64,000 bases of DNA from Patescibacteria group bacterium (GTDB taxonomy: Bacteria > Patescibacteriota > Patescibacteriia > UBA1558 > UBA10009). The position numbers were made by a program, and so were the translations under genes. The stretch spans positions 1,084-65,083 of the forward strand of contig JBAZSE010000001.1 in NCBI GenBank assembly GCA_041662565.1, in the 5' to 3' direction. Below are positions 60,151 to 64,000 of this stretch, in pieces. Below the pieces are notes generated by a model. The model searched no databases. It was not told where the DNA came from and was given only the letters and a program-made list of their open reading frames with translations. Every line of letters begins with the position of its first letter. Position 1 is the stretch's first letter.

Positions 60151-62694
60151 ATGAATCGTTGTGTCATCCTCGTGATCGCTTTTATGGCGATCGTCTTTTC
60201 GTTCGGTTTCGCCGGTAACGTCGAGGCCGAGATATCCGAAGTTGGTTCGTTGGATATTCCAATGAACTATTTTGGTGATGTGGCAGTGGTTGGTCAAACC
60301 GCTTACTGCACCAGTTCCAATGGCGGCCTTTATAAGGTCGATGTTTCTAATCCGGCTGAGCTTCGCTTTATTGAGCGTGAACGAGGTGCGGTTAATGGCG
60401 TGGAAGCAATCGGCCAACACGCCTTTATTGGCCGCCTTGGCGAGTCGGGCCTGAGCGTTTATAACGCAGAAGGTATGCGTTATAATGGCGCCCCTTCAGA
60501 TGTTGGCGGATTGTTGCTTGAAGGAGGATTGCTCTACCTGATAACGGTGAGTGATTCAACTAAAATACTTCGTATCCTTAACATCGAAGATCCGGCTCAT
60601 CCTGAGGAAATTGGTCAATTGGAAATCAGAGGCCCTCGATACTTATCAACGAGGATGCTGATTAACGGACAATTATACTTGTCTGGTTCAAATGACGGAC
60701 GGGTTAGTAGCGTTATTGTTGTGGATGTTTCCAATCCGGAGCATCCGGAACTTACCAGCCAGATAGACGGACATCGAGGGAATATCGTTGGTATTGCATC
60801 CGACGGTGAATACCTCTTTGTGGCCAATCAAGATGGCGATGAAGGAGTTCAGGTTCGGAATTTCAACTGGGAGTTGATTTCCGAGATTCGATTCTACTTG
60901 CCTCAGGGTTTGGTTTTTCGTCAAGGACATCTTTACGTTGTTTCCAGCGTTGCCGGTGAGTCATCAAACTTCCAAGTTTTTGGCGTTTCTGGCCAAGGAG
61001 AACTGGAATTGATTGATGAATTCTCTACTGGAAGGCAGGCAATGGAGATGTTCTTCGTTGAAGAGCTCTGTTACGTTGTTGAAATTGGTGTAAACGACAA
61101 TCGTGAGAGCCGGTTGCTCATTCTGAATGTTGAAATAAACGAGGAAGAGCAACGCGGTCAACTTCAGCACTTTCAAGGATTTCGTCAGTCTGATCAAAGT
61201 CATTCCGTCCTAATCCAATCCTCTTTAGTTAATGCGCTTCCTATGCCTAGTGGCTGGGAAATCGGCATCTTTACCCCTGATGGAATATTGGCTGGAGCCG
61301 GGGTTTGGCTCGATGGCGAGCAACTTGGGTTTCCGGTTTGGGGAGATGATCCAATGACGGAAGAGGTAGATGGTTTTAGGGAAGGAGAGTCCTTATGGAA
61401 CGGACTCCGAATTTGGGATCCTGAAACTAATCAAGAGTTTGAAGGAGCATCCGGAGAATCCCGAGGATCAAGCAATTGGCAGGCGGACGACTTGTTGAGG
61501 ATCGTTACAATGAATCACGTCACTGATTATACCCATATGGAGCTGAGGCGTGGCTGGAATATGATTTCAGTTAACGTGACGCCTGGCTTCCCGGGTTATT
61601 ATGATGGTGATGAAGAGCCCCAGATCCCCTCGATCTTTAATCGAGAACGATATCTCATCGACTTCGCGATGATTAAGGACGGGCAAGGACGTTTCTATGT
61701 TCCTGAGCGGAATTTCTGCAACATTCCTTGCTTTGATGCTCGGTCAGGTTACCAAATCTATCTTAACCGAGATCAAGGTTGGAGAGTGTGGGGCGCTTCG
61801 ATTGCTCCAGATGCCGACATACCGTTGGCAGAAGGGTGGAATATGGTTGCTTACTTTCCTGACTATACGTTACCGATCGGTGATGATGATTTCTACGCAA
61901 TTGCGCCAATCATCGAATACGTGACAATGGTCAAAGATGGTGATGGAAACTTCGCCCTAATAAGGGAGGATTTCTCCAATATGCCCGATATGAGGCCTGG
62001 GCAGGGGTACAAAATCAAGGTCAACCAAGACGTGATTTTAAACTACCCGCCTGAACCCAATCAGGGCGACGCTGTTAACTCCGGCGAAGTTCTGACGAAC
62101 GTTTACTGGCCGCGCCCTGCTTCAACCGGTTCCGATATGAGCATTTTGGTTGCCGGTCTTAAGAAGGGTTGGGAAGTTGGGGCCTTCAAAAAGAATGGTC
62201 AACTGGTTGGAGCAGGAGTTACCAACGCTAAAGGTCTTTGTGGCTTAAGCGTTTGTGGTGACGATGTGACAACCAGTGAAATTGACGGGCTGGAATGCGG
62301 AGAGCAATTCTGGTTGAAGGTAACGGACAATGGGACAAGAAATTACATTCTACCCTCAACTTATAACTATGAAGTTGATGGTTTGAAGACTGTGGAGGTC
62401 AGTCCTAACCTTATCCCTTTCGTTAGGCCCGTTGAATTCAAACTCAACGGCGCCTATCCTAATCCTTTTAATTCATCAACCTTGGTTGCTTTCGATCTGG
62501 CAATCGCTTCGCAGACCCGACTTTCGGTTTTTGACCTTTCAGGCCGAGAACTGGTTCGGTTAGTTGATGAAGCACTTTCTGAGGGAAGACACAGCGTTCA
62601 TCTGGACGCCGCCGGACTTCCAACAGGAACGTACTTAATTCGTTTGCAATCAGATCAACAGACCGCTGATCTTAAGGTCCAGTTGGTTAAGTAG
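60151..62694 (+). CDS. Secreted LVIVD-repeat protein with T9SS type A-like C-terminal domain
   Basis: VDVSNP..P repeats; L..GWNMIS/GWNMVA repeats; YPNPFN..T...F.L...L.VFD..GR...GTYL.RL C-terminus; terminator 62710-62762. Confidence 0.85.
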   Translation: MNRCVILVIAFMAIVFSFGFAGNVEAEISEVGSLDIPMNYFGDVAVVGQTAYCTSSNGGLYKVDVSNPAELRFIERERGAVNGVEAIGQHAFIGRLGESGLSVYNAEGMRYNGAPSDVGGLLLEGGLLYLITVSDSTKILRILNIEDPAHPEEIGQLEIRGPRYLSTRMLINGQLYLSGSNDGRVSSVIVVDVSNPEHPELTSQIDGHRGNIVGIASDGEYLFVANQDGDEGVQVRNFNWELISEIRFYLPQGLVFRQGHLYVVSSVAGESSNFQVFGVSGQGELELIDEFSTGRQAMEMFFVEELCYVVEIGVNDNRESRLLILNVEINEEEQRGQLQHFQGFRQSDQSHSVLIQSSLVNALPMPSGWEIGIFTPDGILAGAGVWLDGEQLGFPVWGDDPMTEEVDGFREGESLWNGLRIWDPETNQEFEGASGESRGSSNWQADDLLRIVTMNHVTDYTHMELRRGWNMISVNVTPGFPGYYDGDEEPQIPSIFNRERYLIDFAMIKDGQGRFYVPERNFCNIPCFDARSGYQIYLNRDQGWRVWGASIAPDADIPLAEGWNMVAYFPDYTLPIGDDDFYAIAPIIEYVTMVKDGDGNFALIREDFSNMPDMRPGQGYKIKVNQDVILNYPPEPNQGDAVNSGEVLTNVYWPRPASTGSDMSILVAGLKKGWEVGAFKKNGQLVGAGVTNAKGLCGLSVCGDDVTTSEIDGLECGEQFWLKVTDNGTRNYILPSTYNYEVDGLKTVEVSPNLIPFVRPVEFKLNGAYPNPFNSSTLVAFDLAIASQTRLSVFDLSGRELVRLVDEALSEGRHSVHLDAAGLPTGTYLIRLQSDQQTADLKVQLVK

Positions 62695-62875
62695 CTGATT
62701 GTACATTCGCCTCGCACTGTTTGTTGACTTTCAAAAGTTGACAAACAGTGCGAGGATTTTTTTATTAAGCAAGATGATTGACTTTTTAGTTAAAAAATGG
62801 TAGGTTATTATAGTTAAAGTGTAAGTAAAACTTATGCTTTTTAATTTAATAAAACTTAAAATAATCATCAAAAAT

Positions 62876-64000
62876 ATGGGTAAATTAGTTAAAATATTGT
62901 TGTTAGTCATGGCCTTGGCTATGGTTGTTGTTTCGTTTTATCCTGCACAGGCGGCAGATGCAAACTGGCGATCAAGAGAAGGTGTAGCTAGCGGCGTTAT
63001 TTTGGAAATAGTTTCCGGTGATTTAAATAGAACTTTTACCGGCACCTATTTACTTAAAACGGATGATGGTAAAACCTTGGCTTTTAGGATAAATAACAAA
63101 ACAGCTTTTCAAGATAATAATTACTACGGTTATAAAAAGGGTGATAAGGTTTTAGTTACTTACGATACTCAAACCGTTAATGAGTTGGCTAATACTTACG
63201 ATGCTACTTCGATTCAAGTTCCGGTAACCTCTAAAACCGTTGATTACACTCAGCGCGTTGCCACTTGGTACGGCAAAGTTAATCAGCATGTTAATATTAA
63301 AACCGGCAAATGGGAAACCGATCCCGATGGAATTTCTGGCGCTAACCTTGATTTGTTAACTTATTGCAAAAAATGGTATCCAAAATCTACGAGTTATAAA
63401 GAATATAAAAAAGAAATAATTACTTTTTACGATCGAGGTAATACTCAAGTTGCCTGGCCCAAGGATGCCTATACCATAGAAAATTTATCTTATCAGTGTG
63501 TGCAAGGGGCAGTTGCTTTGGAAAAATTACCCGATTTGTATCTTGAAAAATTAGAATTAATAGATACTAATAATCCTAAAGTTGGTGATACTTTGCATTT
63601 TTTCGCTAAAATTATTAATAAAGGTAATGTGGAAAGCGGATCTTATGTAGTTGATAAAAATGGCGTTTATGGTAACTATAATTCGCTTAAACCCGATCAA
63701 TCTAATGTTACTTACGGCCTTGGTTATACGGTTAATGAAAAATACGCCACTTACTCTTATGCCGGCTATTATACTTATCATGATGCGGGTTATTATACCT
63801 ATACCTTAACTCTTGATCCTAAAAATCAAATTAATGAATCAGATGAATACAATAATACTAAAACAGTTACGGTTTATGTAGGGTCAAAAGACACTTCTAT
63901 TAATAGCTGTACTACCGATTATAATCCTGTTTGTGGTACTGATGGTAAAACCTATTCTAACTCCTGCGTGGCTTCTCAAAGCAAAGTTAAAGTTGATTAT
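62876..64000 (+). CDS. Secreted protein with CARDB and Kazal domains (partial, runs off window)
   Basis: Signal MGKLVKILLLVMALAMVVVSFYPAQA; LPDL...DPKNQINESDEYNN; CTTDYNPVCGTDGKTYSNSC. Confidence 0.8.
   Translation, partial: MGKLVKILLLVMALAMVVVSFYPAQAADANWRSREGVASGVILEIVSGDLNRTFTGTYLLKTDDGKTLAFRINNKTAFQDNNYYGYKKGDKVLVTYDTQTVNELANTYDATSIQVPVTSKTVDYTQRVATWYGKVNQHVNIKTGKWETDPDGISGANLDLLTYCKKWYPKSTSYKEYKKEIITFYDRGNTQVAWPKDAYTIENLSYQCVQGAVALEKLPDLYLEKLELIDTNNPKVGDTLHFFAKIINKGNVESGSYVVDKNGVYGNYNSLKPDQSNVTYGLGYTVNEKYATYSYAGYYTYHDAGYYTYTLTLDPKNQINESDEYNNTKTVTVYVGSKDTSINSCTTDYNPVCGTDGKTYSNSCVASQSKVKVDY

Noticed and set aside
63557-63781. Minus-strand 74-aa ORF
   Set aside because: Antisense to the partial CARDB/Kazal gene on the plus strand

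Overview
AT-rich chromosomal window from what looks like a Patescibacteria/CPR (Parcubacteria-like) genome using the standard bacterial code. The assignment is an inference from the unlinked 23S with a group I intron, tRNA-Ile(UAU), and CPR-typical LTD/FN3/TSP3 surface proteins. From 0.3 to 15.4 kb lies a polymorphic toxin region: a 2590-aa Sec-signal SpvB/FG-GAP-Rhs toxin with an adhesin-like insert, an immunity gene, an orphan Rhs-CT/immunity cassette sharing a 186-bp repeat, and a signal-peptide-fused mini-Rhs. The same stretch holds an SPFH gene behind a structured RNA, a trypsin-like protease, and an ORF6N gene whose conserved motif is a DNA palindrome that also occurs upstream of the gene. 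From 20 to 24.7 kb is a 23S-5S unit with no 16S, a LAGLIDADG group I intron and a small membrane ORF in the spacer. From 26 to 34.5 kb is pfk / trmB-glmS-tdh-kbl-GNAT-endoQ. Housekeeping genes (rplS, gmk, rluD, infB, rbfA, clpP, rny, ymdB, HU, comM, lspA, dksA-like) and six of the window's seven tRNAs follow. They are interspersed with foreign-looking single-gene cassettes (one with a T9SS-type C-terminal domain), a SAM-I riboswitch carrying two symmetric palindromic insertions, several promoter-driven candidate ncRNAs and many short REP/MITE-like palindromes. Four genes are broken by single-base lesions. All calls are from visual inspection only.
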